From positions 160,001 to 224,000 of the forward strand of contig CAVOXA010000005.1 of assembly GCA_963700285.1 (NCBI GenBank): a stretch of 64,000 bases of DNA, given 5' to 3'. The notes beneath the pieces were generated by a model. The model was not told the origin of the DNA, searched no databases, and saw only the letters and a list, made by a program, of their open reading frames with translations. A program made the position numbers and the translations under genes. Of this stretch, positions 9,525 through 18,529 are shown one piece after another; the stretch's first letter is position 1, and each line of letters begins with the position of its first letter. This DNA is from an uncultured Chloroflexia bacterium. GTDB taxonomy: Bacteria > Chloroflexota > Anaerolineae > JAAYZQ01.

Positions 9525-10820
9525 ATGGCCAAAACCTACATCGCGAACCTTCGCCTGCTCAGCCGGGACGTGCGTCTGTTTCTCGTGGCCACGGCTCTCA
9601 TTGGCTTTTCCTGGGACGGCATCCGTACTGTCTTGCTCAACCTCTACCTGCTGCGCCTGGACTATGGTCCTGAAACCGTTGGCGTGATCAACGGGATCGG
9701 GGCCTCTGCTTTTGCCCTGGTGAGTTTGCCTGCCGGCCTGTTGGGTGCCCGCCTGGGCAGCCGGCACATGATCCTGGTTGGCGTGACGCTGATGGCGGCC
9801 GGGCTGGGGTTGCTGCCTCTGGTCGAACTCTTGCCGGAAGCGTGGCGGGTAGCCTGGCTGTCGGCGGCGACTGTACTCACCTACCTGGGCCTGGTCCTGT
9901 ACTATGTGAACAGCCTGCCCTTTCTGATGGGGGCCACTGGACGGGAAGAGCGCGACTATGCCTTTGCCGCCCAGATAGCCCTGATGCCGCTGGCGGGCTT
10001 TGCCGGCAGCCTCGTGGCTGGTTTCTTGCCGGGGCTGGTGGCAGGGATTTTGGGGGTATCGCCCCAAGACCCGGCGGCCTATCGCTACCCCCTGCTATTG
10101 GCAGCCGTGATGTTGGTGCCCGGGATCCTGGCACTGATACCCGCGAGCGAGATCGTTGCCGACGAGGGAGAAAGTGCCAGGGCCAAGGCCGCGGAAGAGG
10201 AGGCGGCCGACCGCCGTAGCAGCCGGCCGCCCTATGCGCTCATCGTCATGATGGTCCTGGTCGTGGGGCTGCGTTTTGCCGGCAGGGGGCCGCTCATGAC
10301 CTTCTTTAACGTTTACCTGGACGACGCCCTGGGCGTGCCTACGGTCGTGATCGGGTCGCTCATCGCGATGGGGCAGTTTGTCTCCGTGCCGGCCGCGCTG
10401 CTGGCTCCGCTGGGCGCCGCCCGCTGGGGCAATGGCCGGATGATCTCCTGGGGCACCATGGGCGTGGCTCTAGCCATGCTGCCGCTGGCGCTGATCCCTC
10501 AATGGTGGGTGGCGGGCGCCGGTTTTGTGGGAGCCATCGCCATGTTCTCCGCGTCTACGGGGCCCATCCGCGTCTACAGCCAGAACCTGGTCACCCGGCG
10601 CTGGTGGGGGGCAATGTCCGGCGCGGTGATGATGGGTTCGGGGCTCGGCTTGGCCATCACGACCTTGATCGGCGGTTTTGCCGCCGCCGCGTTGGGCTAT
10701 CGCGCCCTGTTCCTCGTCGGTGCGGGCCTGGTGGCCGCCGGTGCTGTCTCTTTCTGGGCCTATTTCCGTGTTCCCAGGGGCGAGCTGGCCCGCCGTTCAT
10801 CCGGCCCTCCGACCGCGTAG
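9525..10820 (+). CDS. MFS transporter
   Basis: About 12 hydrophobic segments, GLLGARLGSR motif A. Paralog of 14629-15924. Confidence 0.9.
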   Translation: MAKTYIANLRLLSRDVRLFLVATALIGFSWDGIRTVLLNLYLLRLDYGPETVGVINGIGASAFALVSLPAGLLGARLGSRHMILVGVTLMAAGLGLLPLVELLPEAWRVAWLSAATVLTYLGLVLYYVNSLPFLMGATGREERDYAFAAQIALMPLAGFAGSLVAGFLPGLVAGILGVSPQDPAAYRYPLLLAAVMLVPGILALIPASEIVADEGESARAKAAEEEAADRRSSRPPYALIVMMVLVVGLRFAGRGPLMTFFNVYLDDALGVPTVVIGSLIAMGQFVSVPAALLAPLGAARWGNGRMISWGTMGVALAMLPLALIPQWWVAGAGFVGAIAMFSASTGPIRVYSQNLVTRRWWGAMSGAVMMGSGLGLAITTLIGGFAAAALGYRALFLVGAGLVAAGAVSFWAYFRVPRGELARRSSGPPTA

Positions 10821-10847
10821 CGCCATGGACGCAGGGAGTGAAGCGTC

Positions 10848-11801
10848 ATGCGTCTAGCGGTTCTGGCCGATACCCACGGCAACTTGCCCGCTCTGGAGGC
10901 CGTCCTGGCCGATGCCGGGGAATGGGCTGTGGATGGCTACCTGGTCGCCGGCGACATCAGCGGCGGGCCGCGGGCCGGGGAGACCATCGCCCGGCTGCGA
11001 TCCCTGAACGGCTGCCTGATCCGGGGCAATGGCGAGGAATACGTGCTGGACTACCACGCGGGGCGGGCTCCCGCTTCCTGGTACACCGGCGAATTGTGGT
11101 CCAACCTGCGCTGGTCCTACCAGCGGCTCGACCGGGACGACCTGGCGCTCATCGCCGGCCTGCCGGACCAACGGCTTGTGTCCGTGAATGGCGCCGCCCC
11201 CATCCGCATGGTCCACGGCACACCCTGGAGCACGCGCGAGTTCCTGTACCCGGACAGCGACCCGGTGGCGTTAGAAGCTTTTGGACGTGCCGGATTGCTC
11301 CCGGATGACCACCAGGTGCCCCGCCTGATGGACGTGCTTTCTGGATGCCAGGAAGCCGTGCTGGTCTGCGCGCACTCGCACATCCCCTGGAACCAGGAGA
11401 GCGACGAGCTGTTGGTGGTCAACCCCGGCTCGGTGGGAGCGCCCAACAACGGCGACGCCCGGGCCCAGTACGCCATATTGACCTGGCAAGGGGGACGCTG
11501 GCATGCGACGCTGAGGGCGGTCGCCTATGATCTGGACAGGATCCGGGCGGCCTATCGTGACAGCGGGCTTCTCGCTGCCGGTGGCGTGATGGCCGAGGCT
11601 TTTCTGCTGGGTATCGTTACGGGTGAGAACATACCGGGCCGCTTTGTCGCCAGCGTTCGGCGCCTGGCCGCCGAGGCCAGGTGCGAGCCACACGATCCGG
11701 TGCCCGACGAGGTCTGGCTGGCGGCCATCGCGGCCTTTGATTGGGGCGACGGCCAGGCCGCCGTCGCCGTCCATATGGAGAGAACCAAGGCAGCGGGGTA
11801 G
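10848..11801 (+). CDS. Calcineurin-like metallophosphoesterase
   Basis: DTHGN, GD, RGN, VHG, HSH, NPGSVG. Confidence 0.9.
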   Translation: MRLAVLADTHGNLPALEAVLADAGEWAVDGYLVAGDISGGPRAGETIARLRSLNGCLIRGNGEEYVLDYHAGRAPASWYTGELWSNLRWSYQRLDRDDLALIAGLPDQRLVSVNGAAPIRMVHGTPWSTREFLYPDSDPVALEAFGRAGLLPDDHQVPRLMDVLSGCQEAVLVCAHSHIPWNQESDELLVVNPGSVGAPNNGDARAQYAILTWQGGRWHATLRAVAYDLDRIRAAYRDSGLLAAGGVMAEAFLLGIVTGENIPGRFVASVRRLAAEARCEPHDPVPDEVWLAAIAAFDWGDGQAAVAVHMERTKAAG

Positions 11802-11840
11802 GCCAGCGCCCTGCTGACAAACAAGATCTGGAGGACTTGC

Positions 11841-12719
11841 ATGAAGCCAGACTATGAGCAATTGCGGGCGGACCTTCACCGGGTCTACAAGGAAGAGCAC
11901 GATGCGCTGGATGAGGCCGCGACCCTTTGCCTTCTGGAAGAGGGCCGTCGCTGGAATCTGGCGCCCACACTGGAGGCCGGCGGCGTACTGGTCTTTGCCC
12001 ACGCAGGGGTCAACGATTGCGGCCACCAGGCGGCTGCTGCCATCCACGCCTGTCTCGACAGTGGCGCCGACCGGGTGCTTCTCGTCTGCGTGCTGCACTC
12101 TTTGAGCGAGGAGATGGAGCTGGCCCGGGTGCGCGTTGCCCAGGGCGGGGATCTGGCCCAGGAGCCTCTGCGCGGCATCCAGGGCCCAGGGCTGGCCGGC
12201 CGCGAGGAGTGGCGCTGGGACCACTCTCTGTACAGCTTTTACCTCCTCTGGGAGGCCGAGTTGGCTCGCCGCGGCATCGAGGGCCCAAAAGTCATCGTCC
12301 GCTATCCCTATCTGGCGGGCGGCAGGCCGGACACCCTGCCGGGGATCGAAGAACTGGAAGAGATCGCCCGGGACGCCGTGGTCATTTCCACGGCCGACTC
12401 TTTTCACCATGGCATCAGCTATGGCGATCCCGCGGACAAGGCTTTCTTCCCGGCAACGGGTGGCCTGGCTCTGGCCCGATCCCGTATCCAGGAGGGGATC
12501 GATCTGTTGGCCAGGGGCGACTATTGGGGCTACAACCAGCACTGTGTCAGCGCCAAGAGCGACGCGCGCGATGCCGGCCAGGTCTTTCGCTACCTGCGCG
12601 GCCCCATGTCGGGTACCATCCTGGATCTGACCTACACCGACACCACCGATCTCTACAACGCTCCGGCGCCATCCTGGGTCGCGGCGGCCATGGTCGACTG
12701 GATGCCTCTTGGCAAATAG
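11841..12719 (+). CDS. Hypothetical protein, MEMO/AmmeMemoRadiSam-B-like
   Basis: FAHAG, VLH, DHSL and TADSFHHG match the spacing of MEMO-family motifs. Confidence 0.55.
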   Translation: MKPDYEQLRADLHRVYKEEHDALDEAATLCLLEEGRRWNLAPTLEAGGVLVFAHAGVNDCGHQAAAAIHACLDSGADRVLLVCVLHSLSEEMELARVRVAQGGDLAQEPLRGIQGPGLAGREEWRWDHSLYSFYLLWEAELARRGIEGPKVIVRYPYLAGGRPDTLPGIEELEEIARDAVVISTADSFHHGISYGDPADKAFFPATGGLALARSRIQEGIDLLARGDYWGYNQHCVSAKSDARDAGQVFRYLRGPMSGTILDLTYTDTTDLYNAPAPSWVAAAMVDWMPLGK

Positions 12720-12778
12720 TACGAGCTTGTTGGCTCTAGCGGGCATCCACCCTGCGGAGGTCACGGTTGCTGGTGGCG

Positions 12779-12810
12779 TGGATTCCCGCCAAAAGCCTGC
12801 GGGAATGACA
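12779..12810. repeat. REP-like palindrome
   Basis: GGATTCCCGC-CAAAAGCCT-GCGGGAATGAC. Confidence 0.6.
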
Positions 12811-12835
12811 GGGCAGCGTCGATCGGCCGGAGCAC

Positions 12836-12864
12836 TTGACCCGGCGCGCGTTTGGCGGTATACT
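12836..12864 (+). promoter_or_regulatory. Sigma70-type promoter
   Basis: TTGACC-17 nt-TATACT upstream of the SRPBCC gene. Confidence 0.6.
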
Positions 12865-12964
12865 GGAGAAGCAAGCATTCGGGTTGTAGTTCGCTGTGGG
12901 CGTTTTGCCATCGAGTGGGCGCCTGTGCGGCCAACTGCGGGCGTCGAGAGAGGAGATGCTTCGC

Positions 12965-13468
12965 ATGAGCAGTGAGATCTGTCTCCCTCCCATCCAGGTC
13001 AATACCTACATCGCCGTTCCGCCTCCGCGCGTCTACGAGGCCCTGACCACGGGTTTGGTATGGGATGCCTGGTTTACCCAGGGCACGGAGGTAGAGGCCC
13101 GGCCAGGTGGCACCATTCTCTTCCGCTGGGTAGAGGCCCAGGTCGACCGCTACACGGCGACAGCCGGTGGCCCGGTGCTGGAAGCGGATCCGCCGCGCCG
13201 CTTTGTCTTTCAGTGGACGCCCGGCGACAGCACCACGACCATCGAGTTCGATCTCGAGCCGCTGGGACCCGGTACCAAACTGTTGGTGAAGGAGAGCGGC
13301 CACGAGGTGACCCAGAAGGACGTGGAGGCGCTGGTCGATTGCGCGGCGGGCTGGGGTGAGGCGCTGGCACTGCTCAAGTTCTACCTGGAGTACGACGTAA
13401 CCTATGGAGAGGTTCCCCACGGGGAACCTGTCTCCCAGACGGCGCGCGCCGGCGATCCGGCGCGCTAG
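12965..13468 (+). CDS. SRPBCC/AHSA1-like protein
   Basis: PPPRVYEALT, RPGG, DPPRRFVFQW, GW...L.LLKFYLE. Confidence 0.85.
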   Translation: MSSEICLPPIQVNTYIAVPPPRVYEALTTGLVWDAWFTQGTEVEARPGGTILFRWVEAQVDRYTATAGGPVLEADPPRRFVFQWTPGDSTTTIEFDLEPLGPGTKLLVKESGHEVTQKDVEALVDCAAGWGEALALLKFYLEYDVTYGEVPHGEPVSQTARAGDPAR

Positions 13469-13485
13469 AAAAGAGTCTGCCAGCC

Positions 13486-14181
13486 ATGATCGAGTTGGTT
13501 GTCTTTGACACGGCCGGGACGACGGTAGAGGATGGGGGCCAGGTCTTCAATGCCTTCAGGGATGCCCTGGGCCGGCAGCAGATCGCCGTCACGGAGGCGG
13601 ACCTCCGACCGTGGCGAGGCGCCTCCAAGCGCAGCGTTCTGCGTGCCTTTGTCGAGCGGCAGTGGGGCCCCCAGGCCGCGGGCAACGACCAGCGCGTCGA
13701 AGAAGCCTACGCCGTGTTTCAAAGCAGCCTGGAGCAAGGGTTTGGCCGGGCTGACTTGCGGCCCATCCCCGGGACGGGGGCGACTTTTGAGTGGCTGCGG
13801 GCGCGCGGGATCAAGATCGCGCTGACGACCGGGTTCTACCGGCGGGTGGCGGACCCCATCCTGGAGCGGATGGGCTGGACCAACGGCGCCATTGATGCCA
13901 GCATCTGCAGCGATGACGTGGCGCAGGGCCGGCCAGCGCCCTATATGATCTTCCGCGCCATGGAGGCCACGGGCGCGCTGGACGTGCGCCGGGTCGCCAA
14001 GGTGGGCGATACGCTGCTCGATCTGCAGGCTGGCCGGAATGCCGGGGCCGGGCTGCTGGTGGGTGTGCTCTCTGGCAGCGGTACCCGCGAGGCATTGGAG
14101 CGGGTTGAGGGCGCGCGGATCATGGCCAGCGTCGCGGACCTACCCGCACTGCTGGATCAAGGGCCAACCGCTGGCAAATAG
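13486..14181 (+). CDS. Phosphonatase-like HAD hydrolase
   Basis: VVFDTAGTT, LTTGF, GRPAPYMI, KVGDT. Confidence 0.85.
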   Translation: MIELVVFDTAGTTVEDGGQVFNAFRDALGRQQIAVTEADLRPWRGASKRSVLRAFVERQWGPQAAGNDQRVEEAYAVFQSSLEQGFGRADLRPIPGTGATFEWLRARGIKIALTTGFYRRVADPILERMGWTNGAIDASICSDDVAQGRPAPYMIFRAMEATGALDVRRVAKVGDTLLDLQAGRNAGAGLLVGVLSGSGTREALERVEGARIMASVADLPALLDQGPTAGK

Positions 14182-14248
14182 TCACAGCCGGCCTGCAGCC
14201 AGATGCCGGAAGCCCACATACACCTCCGGCGCCCGGAAGGTACCGTGT

Positions 14249-14608
14249 ATGGACAAGGTCAGCCTGGCCGAAAAGTTTGGCTTGTTTGACGACCATTGGT
14301 CGCCCAAGATCGTGGGCGAACTCAATGGACAGCACGTTCTCCTGGCCAAGGTGCGCGGCGAGTTCATCTGGCACCAGCACGAGGCGCAGGATGAGATGTT
14401 CCTGGTCGTCAAGGGCCGCGTGACCATCCATTTCCGGGACAGAGACGCCGTCCTGGAAGAGGGTGAGTTCATCGTTGTGCCCCGGGGCGTGGAGCACAAG
14501 CCGGCCGCCGAAGAAGAGGCACAGATCCTGCTGTTTGAACCCCAGGACACGGCGCATACGGGCAATGTCCGCTCCGAAAAGACCGTGGACAGATTCGAAA
14601 GGATCTAG
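14249..14608 (+). CDS. Cupin-domain protein
   Basis: GEFIWHQHEAQDEMF, VPRGVEHKP. Confidence 0.9.
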   Translation: MDKVSLAEKFGLFDDHWSPKIVGELNGQHVLLAKVRGEFIWHQHEAQDEMFLVVKGRVTIHFRDRDAVLEEGEFIVVPRGVEHKPAAEEEAQILLFEPQDTAHTGNVRSEKTVDRFERI

Positions 14609-14628
14609 GCGCGAGCCTGCTCCAGCCA

Positions 14629-15924
14629 ATGATTGGTGCCTATCTGGGAAAGCTGCGGCTCTTCAACCGGGATGTCCAGCTCTACCTGTTTACCTCGATC
14701 TTGCGTGGCTTTGCCTGGGACGGCATCCGCGTCGTCCTGTTTAACCTCTACCTCCTGCGCCTGGGCTACGGCCCAGAGTTCATCGGTGTGGTGAACGGGG
14801 CGGGAGCCCTGGCCTTCTCGCTCTTTTGCCTGCCCGCGGGCTTGCTGGACCGGAGGTGGGGCAGCAGGCGACTGCTCATCGCCGGACTGAGCATGTCGGC
14901 GGTGGGGCTGATTCTGCTGCCGCTGGCCGAGTTCGTACCGGCGGCCTGGCAGGCGGGCTGGCTGGGGGGCCTGTACGTCGTGGTCAATCTCGGTTTTGCC
15001 CTGTACTTTGTGAATGGCCTGCCCTTCTTGATGAGCGCGACGGGGCCCGAGGAACGGCACTATGCCTTTTCCGTGCACATCGCGCTGGTGCCCCTGGCCG
15101 CGTTTGCCGGCAGCCTGGTCGGTGGCGTGCTGCCGGGGCTGACTTCCGTGTTGTTGGGCGTGACCACACAGGATCCGGCGGCGTATCGGACCTCGATCTG
15201 GTTGGCCGGCCTGGCCATGATCCCCGCCGTCTGGGCCATGCTGGCGACGCGTCCGGCGCATGCCCGGCGGGGCAGCGTAGGCGTGGCCAAGGCGCCAATG
15301 GGCCTGGGCGCCATAGCCAGCGTCCGGAGTATCGTTCCCTACGCGCTGATCATCATACTTTCGGTGGTCGTGATGCTGCGTTTTGGGGCCTGGGCCGCCC
15401 TGACTACCTTCTTGAACGTCTATCTGGACGATGCGCTCTCCGCCTCGACGGTGCTCATTGGCTTGCTGGCGGCTGCCGCGCAACTGGCCGCCGTGCCTGC
15501 CGCCCTCGCCGCCCCGCTGGCAGTCGAGCGCTGGGGCAATGGACGGGTCATTACTCTGGGCTCGTTGGCCATGGGGTTGGTTATGCTGCCCCTGGCCCTC
15601 GTTCCCCATTGGAGCGTGGCCGGACTCGGCTACCTGGGCGCGTCCATCGCCTACTATTTGACGACTGGCCCCATCCGCGTCTACAGCCAGGAGATCGTCT
15701 CACCGGCCTGGCGGGGGACCATGTCCGGTGCGCTGGGTCTGGGGGCGGGACTGGGCAGGTCGGCCGTGGCGCTTGCCGGCGGATTTGCCATTGCCGCGCT
15801 GGGCTACCCCAGCGTCTTTCTGGCCGGCGCAGCGATGGCCGTGGCCGGCGCGCTGCTTTACTGGGCCTACTTTCGTTTCCCACGCGGCGAGCTGGCTCGC
15901 CAGGGCGCCGCAGCAGGGGACTGA
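14629..15924 (+). CDS. MFS transporter, paralog of 9525-10820
   Basis: Shared FxWDGIR, NLYLLRL, DPAAYR, TGPIRVYSQ, YFRxPRGELAR. Confidence 0.9.
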   Translation: MIGAYLGKLRLFNRDVQLYLFTSILRGFAWDGIRVVLFNLYLLRLGYGPEFIGVVNGAGALAFSLFCLPAGLLDRRWGSRRLLIAGLSMSAVGLILLPLAEFVPAAWQAGWLGGLYVVVNLGFALYFVNGLPFLMSATGPEERHYAFSVHIALVPLAAFAGSLVGGVLPGLTSVLLGVTTQDPAAYRTSIWLAGLAMIPAVWAMLATRPAHARRGSVGVAKAPMGLGAIASVRSIVPYALIIILSVVVMLRFGAWAALTTFLNVYLDDALSASTVLIGLLAAAAQLAAVPAALAAPLAVERWGNGRVITLGSLAMGLVMLPLALVPHWSVAGLGYLGASIAYYLTTGPIRVYSQEIVSPAWRGTMSGALGLGAGLGRSAVALAGGFAIAALGYPSVFLAGAAMAVAGALLYWAYFRFPRGELARQGAAAGD

Positions 15925-16082
15925 GGCTGGGCGATCCGCCCGCTGGTAGGCACTGGCTACTGCCCTACTACTGGTTGACTCTGCCCTGCAGTGGGGTACC
16001 AGAACAGGACAGAAAACTGCGGGAGGATGGGCCGGCAGGTGCAGTTCATCGAAGTGTGGTTCTCAGGAAAGGATAGTGGAAT

Positions 16083-16682
16083 ATGGACAGGCTAGTCTAT
16101 CTGATCACCCATCCCGATGTGATCGTCGATCCGGAGGTCCCTGTATCCAGGTGGCCGCTGTCGGCGCTGGGCAGGGCGCGCATGGAACGGATGCTGCAGA
16201 AACCCTGGGTCCAGGGCATCGGCGCGGTCTATAGCAGTACCGAGCAAAAGGCCGTGGACGGCGCCCAGATCCTGGCATCGTACCTGGGCCTGCGTTTTGA
16301 GATGGTCGAGGATCTGGGCGAGGTCGACCGTTCAGCGACCGGCTATCTTCCAGCCGGCGAGCACCAGGCAGCCGCTGCCTTGCTCTTTGCCCGGCCCGAC
16401 GAGAGCGTTCGAGGCTGGGAGACGGCGCGAGATGCGCAGAAGCGCATGGTTGCTGCCGTCGACGCTGTCCTTGACGCTGCGATGGCAGGGGGCGATGTGG
16501 CCATTGTAACGCACGGAGGCGTGGGCGCTCTGTATCTCTGCCATCTAAAAGGGATCGAGATCGATAGGGGCCAGGAGGCGCCGCATCCAGGGGGCGGCTG
16601 TTACTATTGCTTTGATGCGGCCTCACGGGCCCTGGTCCATGGCTGGAGGACCATCGATGGCAAGGTATGGCGGGTGGGCTGA
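16083..16682 (+). CDS. Histidine phosphatase family protein
   Basis: YLITHP, YSSTEQKA, LGEVDR, VTHGG. Confidence 0.8.
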   Translation: MDRLVYLITHPDVIVDPEVPVSRWPLSALGRARMERMLQKPWVQGIGAVYSSTEQKAVDGAQILASYLGLRFEMVEDLGEVDRSATGYLPAGEHQAAAALLFARPDESVRGWETARDAQKRMVAAVDAVLDAAMAGGDVAIVTHGGVGALYLCHLKGIEIDRGQEAPHPGGGCYYCFDAASRALVHGWRTIDGKVWRVG

Positions 16683-16822
16683 ACCACAAGGTGCTCGACC
16701 TTGACGTACCCAACGGCGCGGTCATCTGCAGTCGAACTCGCCTTCTCACTGCTGCGGGCAAAGACCTGGCAGCGTTGGGTAGGGGCACGGCCCCGTCAGC
16801 CGGAAGCCATGTGGAGCCCGTG

Positions 16823-17161
16823 ATGGAAGGACTCCTTGGGCGCATTCTCGTCCTGGCCGGCGGGCTGGCAATCGAGATGGCGATCATCGCCGCCGTCGTC
16901 GTGGTACTGGCCCTCAGGGCAAAGAATCCAGTCGCCAGGGTCCTGGTCTGGATAGTGGTCCTCTACTTGCTGTTCGGACTCTTGTATAGCGCCGTGGGTC
17001 TGTACTGCTACAATGTGAGGAACTGGGAGGTATACGGCGGTCTGTCGGTGCCGCCTCTCTTCTGTCCCATGGGCATTTTTGACTTGCTGATGTGGCCCGT
17101 GTACGTGTGGGCCAACTGGATCAACGGCTTTGGTGTCTTGGGGAATTGCAGGCCATTCTAG
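16823..17161 (+). CDS. Small hypothetical membrane protein
   Basis: Two to three hydrophobic segments, GGAG upstream. Confidence 0.55.
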   Translation: MEGLLGRILVLAGGLAIEMAIIAAVVVVLALRAKNPVARVLVWIVVLYLLFGLLYSAVGLYCYNVRNWEVYGGLSVPPLFCPMGIFDLLMWPVYVWANWINGFGVLGNCRPF

Positions 17162-17213
17162 CCTTCATCTGCTCACAGATTGCCCCGCCGCTGCTCCGCG
17201 CTCTGATAGACCT

Positions 17214-17545
17214 CTAGAAGTCTCGAATCAGGGTGTTGCCTTTTCTCTTGTGCTGCTGCCATACCTTCCGCAGTTGTTCCACCGTTGGCAGATGGATAGT
17301 CCTCTCCGGCGCTGCCTTGTCAGCTATCGAGCCCAGCAGATAGGCGTCATCTTTTCCCACCGAAGAGGCCAGCTCGGCCCGCTTTTCCTTGCTTTGGGGC
17401 ACCCCTTTCCCTCGCCACACCATCGAGTACCGCTCCACCCAGTGGGGCCGCGCCACCTGCCGCAACCAGCCTGGGGCCTTCGCCGCCAGCTCCTCCAGTG
17501 CCAGACGACGCATCGTCTCCATCACCAACTCCAACCGAAGGAACA
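17214..17545 (-). pseudogene. IS1182-like transposase internal fragment
   Basis: RLELVMETMRxALEELAAKAPGWL...WVERYS...LRKVWQQH. No N-terminus or DDE core. Confidence 0.65.
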
Positions 17546-17695
17546 GAAGGAGAGCCAGGGCAGACGGGACAGCGATGTACCTGGGAATGGGTCTTTGTTT
17601 GGAATATCTGCTTCTCATCGGTTCTTCCTCCTACTCTCGGTGGTGGCAGATTCGCCACGCAGGTTTGGCAAAGCCGGCCTGGCAGGTCGCCTGCT

Positions 17696-18000
17696 GTCAG
17701 GCTTGCGCGGTACCTGCCACATCCCTTGATGTGATGAACTCGCTGACTATGACCCTGCTATCAGCGACAAAGTCGGGAGGGGCGGCCATGCCGTGGACCA
17801 TGCTCGGTACCAGCTCATCGGTACTTTTCCGGTCCCATGGATCCCGACAGCACCGTTTCGGCTACGTGGGCTGCCGCCCACGGCTCGATACTGCCAAAGG
17901 CCCAAGGCGTCACCCCGGCTTTCTGTAGCGCATCGGAAACCGTGAAGAAATCGCCCAAGGTCGAGGGGGCAGTTAGTGCATGGTCGGCAAAGACCTGCAC
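17696..18000 (-). pseudogene. Internally deleted sugar ABC substrate-binding protein remnant
   Basis: A middle segment (TAPSTLGDFF...LQKAGVTP...AHVAETVL) is joined to a C-terminal segment (ELVPSMVHGMAAP...FITSRDV). Confidence 0.55.
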
Positions 18001-18387
18001 GTTGTAGCACAGGACATTGCCCCGGTGAATGCCAACCGGTACCCCATTCCCGGTCCCAGGTTGTCCGACACATTTTCCCCACTCCGGCAGGCCATGCCCC
18101 CTCAGACTGTGGGCGATTGGCAGTTCTAAAGTTCACCGCAAAGACGCAAAGAAAACCAAGGACTGTGTGGGAAGAGACGCGCAGGGCTGCTCTCCTGGCT
18201 ACCGTCAAATTCTGGACCGGAGAAACGAGCTCAGCGCGGTGGTTGGCGTCGGCCGCGCAACACGCATGTTCCGGAAACAGTAGCATCACATCAAAGCAGA
18301 GGCAAGGGCACACGCCGGGACAGTGGTACAGTAGCCCGCTCTCCATTTGGCAAGGGCCGGGCGGGGGATTGCGCGCAGAGCGCGCTC

Positions 18388-18526
18388 CTGCGGCGATGAA
18401 TCGCCGACTAGGAACGTCTGATCGCCGGGTGTAGAACCGTTCGTAGAGCGCAATTCATCGCGCTCTTTGTGCTGGACCACAGTCCAGCACAAGCAAAATC
18501 GGGGGATGGGGCGAATTCACCCGCCT
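18388..18526. repeat. Cluster of REP-like palindromes
   Basis: CGGCGATGAATCGCCG, AGAGCGCAATTCATCGCGCTCT, TTGTGCTGGAC-CACA-GTCCAGCACAA, GGCGAATTCACCCGCC. Confidence 0.6.
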
Positions 18527-18529
18527 CAA

